A stretch of 64,000 nucleotides of DNA from Candidatus Thorarchaeota archaeon. Lineage in GTDB: Archaea > Asgardarchaeota > Thorarchaeia > Thorarchaeales > Thorarchaeaceae. Each line of letters opens with the position of its first letter. Position 1 is the stretch's first letter. Where the stretch lies: assembly GCA_029858305.1 (NCBI GenBank), contig JAOUFI010000001.1, positions 64,039-128,038 on the forward strand, in the 5' to 3' direction. The notes beneath the pieces were generated by a model. It searched no databases. It was not told the DNA's origin and saw only the letters and a list, made by a program, of their open reading frames with translations. A program made the translations under genes and the position numbers. Shown in pieces: positions 12,673 to 22,078 of this stretch.

Positions 12673-13297
12673 ATCCGGCTCTCGGTCTCAAGCCTAAACG
12701 GCGCATTATTTTACCGCCAGGTAGTTCATCTGGTGAGTCCGCCTGCTTTGATACCTGCATGGTAATGTGACGCCGACCAACTTCTCTGAAACCATATGCC
12801 ATAATCAACATCTGTGAGGGTATATTCGCCTCATACACTTCGCAGTATATGTCATCAACACCAGATTCTAGAAAGAATGTGGTAGCTCTCTTGATCAATA
12901 CGGTTGCGACTCCTTTTCTTCTTCGATTGGGGAGAACTCCTATCCCTGTAATTTCACCATAGATAGATGCCGCCTCTTTCTCAATGAAACATGCAATAAA
13001 TCCAGCATATTGTTCGGCAAATTTGGCAACAAAGATTCCCTCGGGTTCCAGTTTTTTTGCTTCCTCGGCAGTCAAGGGACAAAAAGGATCTGGTGATGCT
13101 AGAAAACAGCTATTATAAAGGTCAACAAAAGAGTCGATTTCTTTTATGTCAAGCGGATGTATTTTGATATAGTTTGGAGTTTCTTTGGCAATCCACCTCA
13201 ATTCCGCCAGCTTCAAGGCTTCTTTTGCTTCCGCTTTCATTATCAAATATGACCTTGATTCTGTAATATTGGGCGATTCAATGTTTTCAGAGGTCAT
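12650..13297 (-). CDS. GNAT-family N-acetyltransferase
   Basis: Acetyl-CoA motif GIGVLPNRRRKGVATVLIKRA with GNAT-like beta-alpha layout. The 3' end overlaps the methyltransferase start by 23 nt. Confidence 0.75.
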   Translation of the reverse strand: MTSENIESPNITESRSYLIMKAEAKEALKLAELRWIAKETPNYIKIHPLDIKEIDSFVDLYNSCFLASPDPFCPLTAEEAKKLEPEGIFVAKFAEQYAGFIACFIEKEAASIYGEITGIGVLPNRRRKGVATVLIKRATTFFLESGVDDIYCEVYEANIPSQMLIMAYGFREVGRRHITMQVSKQADSPDELPGGKIMRRLGLRPRAGCEDCRDI

Positions 13298-13359
13298 TAA
13301 TTATGTCCCTCTAAGATTAGGATACTGCCTTGATAACAATGTGTTGCTTTCTGCTAGAA

Positions 13360-14133
13360 TTATGTTTCAAAGACTCTATCGATGGACGCAATAGTTGCCT
13401 GTACTGTCTTTTCTATGGCTTCAATTATGAGCGGGTCTTGTTCTCCCGTCTGCTCGGTTTCGTCTTTCTGCTCTCCCTTTTGAGCGCCATGAAGGTTCCC
13501 ATCGCAAGACAGAATGGATGCAGCATCTAATCCACGTGTCTGTGCAAAAGTGAATACAAGTGAACTCTCCATTTCTACACACTTGACTTTTGCACGGGTC
13601 CATAAATCCAACTTGTCATAGATTGGATTTGCGTAATAGATATCGGTTGTCAAGCATATTCCAGCATGCACACGATTAGAGGGAAGAAGTTCGGAAATCT
13701 CATCAAAAAGAGCTGCAAACCAAATCGGTGATGCCACAGCAGGATATTCAATTGGGGCATAGTTCAGACTAGCTCGTTCATCTCTGACACAACCTGTGGG
13801 AACGACTACATTGCCTGTTATGACTGAGGGATCAATTCCGCCACAACTACCAAGCCGGATTATCACTTTTGCGTCAAGTTTTGCAAGTTCTTCTATACAG
13901 ATATGAGTCGATGCCACTCCCATCCCTGTGCCCGAAATAGTGACTGGATTGCCTTTCGGCGTATAGGCATGGTATGTCACCAGCCCTCTATATCGGGCGC
14001 GTTCTTCAGGATCTTTCATTTTTGACGCAATTACAGGCACTCTATCAGGATTGCCAGTAATAATGACGACCTTCTCAACATCGCCTTCTCCAACTCTTAA
14101 ATGCGGTTGAACTCTAATTTTCAAGGGATTCAC
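13360..14133 (-). CDS. nucleoside phosphorylase, PNP/UDP family (uridine or purine nucleoside phosphorylase-like)
   Basis: 257 aa with ITGNPDRVP, GTGMGVAST, IRLGSCGG and VEMESS blocks. Confidence 0.8.
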   Translation of the reverse strand: MNPLKIRVQPHLRVGEGDVEKVVIITGNPDRVPVIASKMKDPEERARYRGLVTYHAYTPKGNPVTISGTGMGVASTHICIEELAKLDAKVIIRLGSCGGIDPSVITGNVVVPTGCVRDERASLNYAPIEYPAVASPIWFAALFDEISELLPSNRVHAGICLTTDIYYANPIYDKLDLWTRAKVKCVEMESSLVFTFAQTRGLDAASILSCDGNLHGAQKGEQKDETEQTGEQDPLIIEAIEKTVQATIASIDRVFET

Positions 14134-14516
14134 CAGTGCCTTTGAGTTTCTAACACTTACTTTTCACTCTTCGGCTTTAGTAGTTTTTCACTAATCGGAA
14201 ATTGTTTGAATCCGATGCAGTACGCAGTTGACACAAACCCATTCACCACTAATGAAAAAGGACTTGCCAAATCTCGGTGAAGATGTGTTGCAGCTATTAC
14301 ACCGATTCGCACTAGTAGGATAATTCTCACTAAGGAAAACGAGTAGAAGAGATAATAGCTTGATGTCAGAATGTTCAATCAGCACCTATAGACACTTCCC
14401 AATTTTAATCATTAATATCCCTTATTAGGTCCCCACATCGTGATATCCGTCCAAAAAGTAATCCTAGTGCAACAAAGAGATTTATTTAGCGATACGGGAG
14501 CGGGGATTGATTCCTA

Positions 14517-14894
14517 ATGATTGAAAACATCAATTTTGAATACTATTGCTATAGATGTGGGAACAAGAATCAACGGATTCTACCATGTCCGAATGCTCCA
14601 GATTATCACTATAGTGATCTTCAATGCAGTAACTGCGGGGATGGTACAAGAGTCATCATAAGCCATTGCCCTAGTTGTTCAAGATTCATTTACTGGATAG
14701 ATGATACGTCAATCCCAGATCTTGTAGTAGGATTTGCCAGATACATGGTTCACAACATGCAAACAATGATTGACAAAGCTGCTCTACAAGGTGCAATCAT
14801 AGAAATAGACACACCTGACAAGTATCCGATTAATGCCAGCTGCCCGTGTGGAGAGAGTTTCGCAGTAGAAATTCCGATTCCTGATTTAGACTAA
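14517..14894 (+). CDS. Cys-rich zinc-ribbon protein, function unknown
   Basis: 125 aa with CYRCG...CPNAP, CSNCGDG...CPSCS and CPCG pairs. Confidence 0.55.
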   Translation: MIENINFEYYCYRCGNKNQRILPCPNAPDYHYSDLQCSNCGDGTRVIISHCPSCSRFIYWIDDTSIPDLVVGFARYMVHNMQTMIDKAALQGAIIEIDTPDKYPINASCPCGESFAVEIPIPDLD

Positions 14895-14958
14895 GAATCA
14901 TTTGTATGTTGGTAGCATTTTCAAGTTATTTTCAATTGAATAGAGTTGATGTGCCAGC

Positions 14959-15621
14959 TTATACTGCAGATTCGAGATTCCACATACATACTTCCTGAAG
15001 AGGACAATCGGTGCATCGAGGAGACTTTCTAAGACAAATCATGGCCACTAAATCAATAACGCCCCAGTAAAAAGCCCTGTTTTGGTTCCCTAAGTCAAAA
15101 GACTCCATGAAATCCCAAGCTCTTGGGTCATTTGGACCATTAAAGGTCAATCCAAACACTCGAAACATCAAATGGATTGTATTGCCATCGACGAGCGGCA
15201 TAGGGATGTGATATGCAAAATTCAGAACAGCAGAAGCCACATACTTTCCAACGCCAGGAAGAGTTGTTAATTTGTCAAATGCTTGCGGAATTGAGCCATC
15301 ATACTCCTCTATTATACTGAGAGCGGCTTTTTGGAGGTGTCGAGCCCTCACATTCTGGAGTCCTAAGGAGCAAATCATTGAGGCAATGGTATTAATGTTA
15401 GTCTTGGCAAGCCATTCTGGCTGCTCGAATCGTGTCATAAAATTGAGATAAATCCGAGAAACAGCAGTCGCTGTGGTGCGCCGAAGAAGCATCTCAGCAA
15501 TTAGCACATGATAGGGGTCAGTAGTAGATCTCCAAGGAAAATTTCTACCATTTGTGTTGAACCATTTGACAATAGAATTTCGTACTGTTCTACGTAATGC
15601 TTCAGTAGAGAAACTCCTCAT
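14959..15621 (-). CDS. MutY-like adenine DNA glycosylase (HhH-GPD core only, no NUDIX-like C-terminal domain)
   Basis: FPWRSTTDPYHVLIAEMLLRRT, HhH LPGVGKYVASAVL and VDGN. The 4Fe-4S loop is C-x6-C-x2-C-x5-C (CLRKSPRCTDCPLQEVC). Confidence 0.8.
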   Translation of the reverse strand: MRSFSTEALRRTVRNSIVKWFNTNGRNFPWRSTTDPYHVLIAEMLLRRTTATAVSRIYLNFMTRFEQPEWLAKTNINTIASMICSLGLQNVRARHLQKAALSIIEEYDGSIPQAFDKLTTLPGVGKYVASAVLNFAYHIPMPLVDGNTIHLMFRVFGLTFNGPNDPRAWDFMESFDLGNQNRAFYWGVIDLVAMICLRKSPRCTDCPLQEVCMWNLESAV

Positions 15622-15631
15622 TCACACATCC

Positions 15632-16192
15632 TCAAGTGCCTTCGAGTTTTTTTCTTATCACATTAATAATCTCTGAAGGATCTGACAGAACCGTAACTCC
15701 GTTCATGCTTCGCAACGTATCTACATTCTCTAATTCAATACGACGTGGTTTGATAGTGAATTTTATTCCGTCTGGCCCAGCCGTTTCGACAGGATCCGTG
15801 GATTGATCTACAGGATAGACATAGACAGGCGTACTTCCTTTGAGCGTCTGAGCCACTGCATTTGTAATCAATGTATCAGCAATTCCATGAGCAATTTTAG
15901 CTGTCGAATTGCCAGTGAGAGGTGCTACGAATAGCAGGTCATACTTGCCAATCTGAAGAGGTCCAGCAATGAAAGGTACATTGGCATTGGTTTCAGTCAA
16001 AAGCTTGTCAAAAGACGCTTTTAGACCGTCCCATAGTTTATACCATCTGAATACCTGCTCTCCAGCCTTTGAAACAATCACTGTGATTTTTAGATCCTTC
16101 AATTCTTTGAGTTGCAACATGGTTTCTAGAATCTCCTTGATTCTATCACCTGAACCTGTTATTCCCCATACAATTCGAATCACTGTAATCAA
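15632..16192 (-). CDS. archaeoflavoprotein AfpA-like FMN protein
   Basis: IVWGITGSGD near the N-terminus, plus LFVAPLTGNSTAKIAHGIADTLITNAVAQ. 186 aa. Confidence 0.75.
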   Translation of the reverse strand: MITVIRIVWGITGSGDRIKEILETMLQLKELKDLKITVIVSKAGEQVFRWYKLWDGLKASFDKLLTETNANVPFIAGPLQIGKYDLLFVAPLTGNSTAKIAHGIADTLITNAVAQTLKGSTPVYVYPVDQSTDPVETAGPDGIKFTIKPRRIELENVDTLRSMNGVTVLSDPSEIINVIRKKLEGT

Positions 16193-16302
16193 AGCTTGTT
16201 ATATTCGTCTACAGAAATATCTATGCCTGTTTTGTGGCTGACGAATAATTCAAAGAGCAATCAGATATATTCAGAAGGAAAGAATAGAAACAGGATGCGA
16301 AA

Positions 16303-17280
16303 ATGTACAGAGCAAGTGTTGGTATCACAACAAGTATGGAATTGAGTGCAACAAATTGGATAGGGCGTAATGCAGATTCACTGGGAGTTGAAGGAATATG
16401 GGTGGGAGAAGATATCGGACTAGGACAAGAAACTTCCATTCTCACCGCATCGCTATTAGAGAACACAACAAATGCTAGAGTTGGAACTGGCATAATCCCA
16501 ATATCAGTTCATAATCTCTCAACGATTGCCCGAACCGCACTCACCTTGCAGGAGCTTGGACGTGGGAGATTCGTTCTTGGAATAGGACTTGGGGGAATTC
16601 AAGATCTGCAAAGGCTAGGAAAACAAGTAGAAAGGCCTGTTAGTGCACTACGAGATGCAACACTGTCTCTGAAACGTCTATTCAATTCTGAGTCTGTGAC
16701 TGTGGAATCGGAACTGTTCACTCTTACAGACTACAGCTTACGGATCAGTCAATCAATTGAGATTCCAATATTTTTTGGAGTCCGTGGGCCCCAGATGTTG
16801 AAACTCGCCGGGAAGATAGCTGATGGAGTCATCCTCTCAGGACCTCAGGAGTATTTACGATATGCAATTGATACTATAGACAAAGTTGCATCGAAGAGAG
16901 AAATCGAGAAAGTGGTATGGTTGCCAACGATTCCGACCTTTAAGGGAGGAAGTGAAAAGCTAGCTAAACAAGTTGTTGCCTTAGTTGTGGCAGATACGCC
17001 AGAACAGGTGCTGGACCTGCTGGATATTGATCGAGAGCAAGCTATCAAAATACGTGAAGTTGTTGCAGCGTCAGGACCAAAAGCAGGCGCAGAATTCATC
17101 AATCAGCAATTCATCGATACGTTTGCTATCTCTGGAACAAAGGAACATATGGTAGATAGATTCGAGGAGGTACACAGGCTAGGAGCTACAGAAGTAGTTC
17201 TTGGACCTCCCTTTAGTGGGGAGTGGAGACAAGCAATGACTGAAATCTTCGAGGAGATTCATCGAAGGAGGGATGTATAA
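16303..17280 (+). CDS. luciferase-like (LLM class) F420-dependent oxidoreductase, Mer-like
   Basis: 325 aa, TIM-barrel LLM pattern (GVEGIWVGEDIG, FVLGIGLGG, IPIFFGVRGPQMLKLAG). Confidence 0.8.
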   Translation: MYRASVGITTSMELSATNWIGRNADSLGVEGIWVGEDIGLGQETSILTASLLENTTNARVGTGIIPISVHNLSTIARTALTLQELGRGRFVLGIGLGGIQDLQRLGKQVERPVSALRDATLSLKRLFNSESVTVESELFTLTDYSLRISQSIEIPIFFGVRGPQMLKLAGKIADGVILSGPQEYLRYAIDTIDKVASKREIEKVVWLPTIPTFKGGSEKLAKQVVALVVADTPEQVLDLLDIDREQAIKIREVVAASGPKAGAEFINQQFIDTFAISGTKEHMVDRFEEVHRLGATEVVLGPPFSGEWRQAMTEIFEEIHRRRDV

Positions 17281-17327
17281 TTCAGTGGGGAATAGCCATC
17301 AATCTCAGAGAGTCTGTTTCGGAGATT

Positions 17328-18194
17328 GTGGAGAAGGCGGTGGTTGCAGATAAGGGAGGAATGAACTCCATATGGATAACTGATTATCCGGCTGTAAGAG
17401 TATCACCTATTTTGGCCGCTGTAATAGCTGAGAAAACGAAATTTTGTAGGATAGGTGTGGGTCTCCTTAGCCCGTTAATCTATACGCCAAAACAAATCGT
17501 GCAATACATGTCCACCTTAATACGACACCACGGTAATAGATTTGATTTAATGATTGGTCCTGGTGATAAAACTAGATTGACGGACATTGGCGTTGAATAC
17601 GGGGGAGGGTCGACAATTGTAACTAGAATGGCAGAGTCGTTGGAGAGTATTCAAGAGGGGTTGTGTGATTTTGAAGACTGTCGTGTATTCTTGGGAGCAC
17701 AAGGTCCGAAGATGATTGAAACCTCAAAGAAATCAGATGGGGTGCTTCTAAACTACTCAGATCCCGAGATGATAAGATGGGCAATTGAAACATTAGGAAA
17801 CATTCCGGATTCGTTCGAAATTGGTATTTTTCCCCCGACACTCGTTGGAAACTCAGTTCATTGTAATGAGCAGCTAAGTATACGAGCCTCAGCAGGAGTT
17901 GTTGCTCTTGGGATGAGTCCATCACTGAAGAAGCGATTTGGACTAAACAAGGCGCTTCAACCAGCAGCTTCGCTCCTGAATGAGAGAGAGAAAATCGATG
18001 AGAGTGTGATTAATCTTATAGATCAGAACATTATTGACAGATTCTGTATCTGTAAAACACAAGAAGAAATCTGTAATCGCGCAAATCAATATGGAAACTT
18101 AGGAGTGACGCTGATCGTCTTTGGACCACCTCAAGGTGCAACTCTTGATGGTGTGAAACAAATAATCCATGCTAAGAAAGCCTGTGAGGCATAA
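17328..18194 (+). CDS. second LLM-class oxidoreductase paralogue; 5' end uncertain
   Basis: Paralogous to the upstream gene (MNSIWITDYP, FLGAQGPKMIE). Homology continues upstream of the GTG start to about 17283, where no canonical start codon exists (see findings). Confidence 0.75.
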   Translation: MEKAVVADKGGMNSIWITDYPAVRVSPILAAVIAEKTKFCRIGVGLLSPLIYTPKQIVQYMSTLIRHHGNRFDLMIGPGDKTRLTDIGVEYGGGSTIVTRMAESLESIQEGLCDFEDCRVFLGAQGPKMIETSKKSDGVLLNYSDPEMIRWAIETLGNIPDSFEIGIFPPTLVGNSVHCNEQLSIRASAGVVALGMSPSLKKRFGLNKALQPAASLLNEREKIDESVINLIDQNIIDRFCICKTQEEICNRANQYGNLGVTLIVFGPPQGATLDGVKQIIHAKKACEA

Positions 18195-18205
18195 GATACT
18201 AGATT

Positions 18206-19672
18206 TTAGTATTCGATGTAGTCACCAATATCCAAGCTATCTGTTCCGATTAGCCATCGTCCATCGATGTATGGATAGTCTCTTGTCAAATCTAACATTG
18301 ATTTAGACCCTCCCTGAGCAATTGTTAGGATTGGTTGAACCGAACTCACACCTGATTTTTGTTCTAATGCACGAAACAGTTGATAGTATTCAACCTGATG
18401 GTCTCCTGGTGTCATCGTCCAAACAATGATTCCCCTTGATGATAGGTAGTAAATTACCCATGGAAATTTCTTGATTGTTGAAAGAATTCGAGGTTTCCAA
18501 TCATCGTTACAGACTATCTCAAAACAGAAATTGGAGGACAATCTCGGAAGCGCAAAGACCAAGTAGGGAAGCGTTAGATTATGGCTCTGAATCTTTCGAA
18601 GAATGGTAGATATTTTCTTCGGGTCAATATTCATCCCTCTCATTCTTAAACTCTCACTAATTTTGCTGGGAGAAGCTCTTGCGTCTAACTGCATCTCTGC
18701 AGCGATAATGAAATCCTCCTTGCTAAAGCCCAATCTTGGATTAGTGGAGTTAAGAAGTGGGGGATATTCTTCCGGACTAACGATATGGTCAGTCTTCAAC
18801 ATGTTCTCCAAAGTATCAGGCAGTTGCCATGATTTATTATTAAACAGAGATATATCCGAAATTGCTCCTGATTGAGTCTGAATATGAATACTGGAGTAGT
18901 CAAAAATTGATTTTGCAACTGTTCTAATTGATTTAGTGAAGAATGATAGATTTTCTGCAAAGTTAGGAATGAGAAAAGTCGCATACCCGACATCAGTCAT
19001 AGCTGTCCGGAGGATACTCTTTGTGAACGGATATCGAGTCAAACCCCGCTCAATTGCACTCCATTCTATATCCTTCTGAAGAGTAAAGAATATCATGACA
19101 GATTGAAGATTAAATGCCGCATAATCGACTAGATGAACAGCTCTAAGGCTATTTCTCTCTCGAAGCCGTTCTAGGGATCGAGCAACAGTCCGAGGAGCTA
19201 CGTCAAGGATACTAGATGCATCAACGAGCGAAATGACCGGGTTCTTGCAGAGTACAGAGAGAACTGTTAGATCGGTATCACTGACGGGAGCATCTTCCAC
19301 AAGAAAAACGAAGTTATATGCAGATCTAATTGCACTTACAGAGAAGAGATTGAATTTTTTAAGAGTTCTAAGATTCTCAATCATCTTCACTCTGTATTGC
19401 TCATTGATTGGAACCATTGTTGGATTAGTTGGAGAGGTTGTGTATTCAGAATTCTCTTTTAACCTGTCGACAGCCTTGAGCGCGGTTTCCATGGTAATTG
19501 AACCAGCACAAAGGCCCAGGTATATTCTCATGGCGTCTAGATAGAATTGTACTGCAGGATCATCAACCTTAGGAATCAAATCGTCATATGGTGTTGTTAT
19601 AGATATATCATATGAACTAGAGTTGCGATTTGCCTTTTCTATTCCTGAATGAGTTTTGTTCAATTTTTTCAA
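18206..19672 (-). CDS. large regulator-like protein with two Lrp/AsnC-type wHTH plus ligand-domain modules
   Basis: Two wHTH-plus-domain modules: LTVLSVLCKNPVISLVDASSILDVAPRTVARSLERLRERN...NLQSVMIFFTL and IIAAEMQLDARASPSKISESLRM...ILRKIQSHN...FCFEIV. Confidence 0.55.
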   Translation of the reverse strand: MKKLNKTHSGIEKANRNSSSYDISITTPYDDLIPKVDDPAVQFYLDAMRIYLGLCAGSITMETALKAVDRLKENSEYTTSPTNPTMVPINEQYRVKMIENLRTLKKFNLFSVSAIRSAYNFVFLVEDAPVSDTDLTVLSVLCKNPVISLVDASSILDVAPRTVARSLERLRERNSLRAVHLVDYAAFNLQSVMIFFTLQKDIEWSAIERGLTRYPFTKSILRTAMTDVGYATFLIPNFAENLSFFTKSIRTVAKSIFDYSSIHIQTQSGAISDISLFNNKSWQLPDTLENMLKTDHIVSPEEYPPLLNSTNPRLGFSKEDFIIAAEMQLDARASPSKISESLRMRGMNIDPKKISTILRKIQSHNLTLPYLVFALPRLSSNFCFEIVCNDDWKPRILSTIKKFPWVIYYLSSRGIIVWTMTPGDHQVEYYQLFRALEQKSGVSSVQPILTIAQGGSKSMLDLTRDYPYIDGRWLIGTDSLDIGDYIEY

Positions 19673-19684
19673 CGCCGGATGATT

Positions 19685-20764
19685 TCATCCAGAGGGCGTG
19701 CGTGATGCCAAGTAGGACACCACACGCTCAAGTCGAGCTACTTTCTCGTGTCGGTCGGCTATAAATGTACATATCTCAGACGAATTGCCAACAAGACCAG
19801 ACATAACATGAGAAAGAGGAAGCCATGCCATATTATTCGGAACCTCCAAGTCGAGAAGAGTGAGCCCGGGACCTGATATTACTCGCGCTTTAGGGAAAGT
19901 TCCTGCTTGCGCATGCAAAAGGCGAGAAAAGTCAGATTCTACATCAAGGTCATCATGAATAATGACCATGACACGTTGATCGAGGCCAATGTTATGAATT
20001 TCGACGTAAGGATGCGCAAACTTCTTTCTTGCTTGAGCGATTCTCCTCCGAAGTGTGCGACTCGAGTCAGGTTTCAAACCCATTTCAGTATATAATGATG
20101 ATAGGCTAGTAGCAGTGACGTTGTAATCACCCTCAATTGCCGCTGCAATAATCATGTTATCTAAAACAATCTCTCTAGGAATACTTTGTTCGACAGTCCC
20201 CACCACGGGAAGAATATCTACATACCCTTTTGCTGCACCTATTGAAGCTTCTAATCGGAAGCCATCAGGAAAAGTCCAATTGTTCCCATCAAACAGTCCA
20301 AGATTCAGATGATGGGATATCTTCAAACACATAGAAGTGTAGATTGTGAGAGAGTAAGGTTTCTTTCTAAATCGATTGATTTGGCTTTGAAACCATTGAT
20401 ATTGACTATCAACAGAAGACAGGACTTCAAAATATACAAGAGAATTGAATGTTGAAGATATCTGTGACCGTAATGCCAAGGTGACCAATTTGCTTGATTT
20501 GAGCCATCGATAGAACTTCTCTAAAACGCCTGATTCCTCATTAGTAATAGCAATTCCAAAAATCATCTGGAGACCAATTTTCCCATAATCAAGATTACCT
20601 CTGATTTTCAGTCCATGCTCACGTTCGAGATTTTTCCAAATTTGATTAACTGCGGAACGAGTTACTGATGGCTTAAATTCTTCTGCGAGCCGAGCCTGCC
20701 GTAATGATGGATCAATCACCAACCTACTTAGTAATCTAAGCTCGCCAGGACTCATTGGATGCAT
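19685..20764 (-). CDS. paralogous double Lrp/AsnC-like regulator
   Basis: Two modules: LRLLSRLVIDPSLRQARLAEEFKPSVTRSAVNQIWKNLEREHGL...IGLQMIFGIAI and MIIAAAIEGDYNVTATSLSS...RTLRRRIAQARKKF...LDQRVMVIIH. Confidence 0.55.
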   Translation of the reverse strand: MHPMSPGELRLLSRLVIDPSLRQARLAEEFKPSVTRSAVNQIWKNLEREHGLKIRGNLDYGKIGLQMIFGIAITNEESGVLEKFYRWLKSSKLVTLALRSQISSTFNSLVYFEVLSSVDSQYQWFQSQINRFRKKPYSLTIYTSMCLKISHHLNLGLFDGNNWTFPDGFRLEASIGAAKGYVDILPVVGTVEQSIPREIVLDNMIIAAAIEGDYNVTATSLSSLYTEMGLKPDSSRTLRRRIAQARKKFAHPYVEIHNIGLDQRVMVIIHDDLDVESDFSRLLHAQAGTFPKARVISGPGLTLLDLEVPNNMAWLPLSHVMSGLVGNSSEICTFIADRHEKVARLERVVSYLASRTPSG

Positions 20765-20869
20765 AATGTCTTACCTACGTATATATGGCCAGATGTTAAG
20801 TTAAGAATGTTTTTGGCGGCCATTTTGTGATACCCTTGTATTATCTAGATAATGCATGTTTTAAACTCG

Positions 20870-21300
20870 AAAATAGCATGGCGCTGTAATGGCTCCTAGA
20901 GGGCATTCTAGTAAATCTCTCCGCACACCACTCCCTTATTATGCTCGATTGGGTGGTATGTTCTTGGATTCACACTGCAGACTGAGCTCATAGGTTAGGT
21001 GATACTGACCTAATTAGATCAGGCCATCTTACCTATCTAGTCAGAGGCAGGCGGCCGACTATGACACATAAGGTCAATCAGGTCGCAAAGGCTAGAGTGA
21101 CAGTCAGTGTATCCGCCATACCAGATAATGCCCAGCAATGAAAGGAGGTGAAAAGCGATTAGCACAGACAGGATACGAACTCTCTACGAGAGCATGACTA
21201 AGAATCGTGCTGCATTGGAGTTACTATCAATCGGTGTCGTGCGCGGTATCTCAACCGTTGTTCAACCGCCATGTGAAGATCCATGCCCATTCTAGTGGAT
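20870..21300. ncRNA. candidate structured RNA of unknown class (strand undetermined)
   Basis: No ORF of 60 aa or more lies in 20765-21393. The stretch is locally GC-richer than its AT-rich flanks. Local helices seen by eye: 20927-20933/20951-20957, 21180-21184/21188-21192 and 21191-21196/21206-21211. A possible closing pair is 20877-20883/21267-21273. Confidence 0.3.
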
Positions 21301-21640
21301 ACTAGATTTGGTAATTGGATTTGAAATGTAAGGCGAGTGAACTGCGTTTGAGGATTCCACGTTGCTGGACATTGGTTGGTATGGGATTCTTAGCTATTCT
21401 CTGCAGTGATAGAGTTCAATGAGAGACAGATTACAGAGAAACCGGCGATTGAATCCCAGAATGGCTTCTATGAAGCCATTGAAGGAGTCTAACGCCAACC
21501 AACTAGAAAATCGAAAGAGAACATGAAAAAAAGGAGAGAACCAGAATGCAACCAAGACCAGGAGATACAGATCCCTCACCTTTCTAAAAGAAAGAATACG
21601 GACTTTGTCCGTTTGAAAAATAATAGGAGAAAAGAAACGA

Positions 21641-21889
21641 ATGATAACTGAAAGAATCGAGCCAGTACTTGGAAACATCGTGACTTCCGAAACAGGCCGC
21701 GAAGTGGACCCGTTTACTGACCCAGAGGTTGTAAGATTGACTGCAATCAACCTTGAACTAGCAGTCAGAAACCTCATGACAGCACACGCTCCACCAGAGT
21801 GCCTTGTGATCACAGCTGACATATGCACCCACAAACTCATGGCTATTCCCACTGCTGATGGGGAGGTCAAGGTGCTTGTGTTCGAATAG
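21641..21889 (+). CDS. hypothetical 82-aa protein
   Basis: The ATG is preceded by GGAG 12 nt upstream. Composition is protein-like and acidic. It is preferred over the overlapping 167-aa antisense ORF, which looks compositionally random. Confidence 0.5.
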   Translation: MITERIEPVLGNIVTSETGREVDPFTDPEVVRLTAINLELAVRNLMTAHAPPECLVITADICTHKLMAIPTADGEVKVLVFE

Positions 21890-22078
21890 TGATTCATTGG
21901 TAGTCAAGAAAGAAAGACACATCCAATTCGAGAACGGTGGTTTCTCGAAGAGTGATAGTTAGACAAGAATAGAAAAGGAGTCTAAATAGCACCGAACAAA
22001 CACCTAGGTACTAAGGTTTCAAGAGTCTATAGACTTGGAAAAACCTTGCATAGACCGGTGTTTGGAGATAGACTATAA

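Noticed and set aside
14157-14385. Two overlapping 64-73-aa minus-strand ORFs in the 380-nt spacer
   Set aside because: The region is AT-rich promoter-like DNA, and the ORFs have no ribosome-binding site or recognisable motif. A 23-codon plus-strand ORF at 14252 is also unsupported.
20870-21300. Assigning the candidate RNA to RNase P RNA or SRP RNA
   Set aside because: The near-universal GGAAAGTCC (RNase P P4) is absent on both strands. No convincing SRP helix-8 GGAA/AGCA arrangement or Alu-domain pairing was found by eye, only loose resemblances.
21394-21897. 167-aa minus-strand ORF
   Set aside because: Its composition is Ser/Thr/Phe-rich and random-looking, and it has no start context. 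It is antisense to an 82-aa ORF that has a good GGAG ribosome-binding site.
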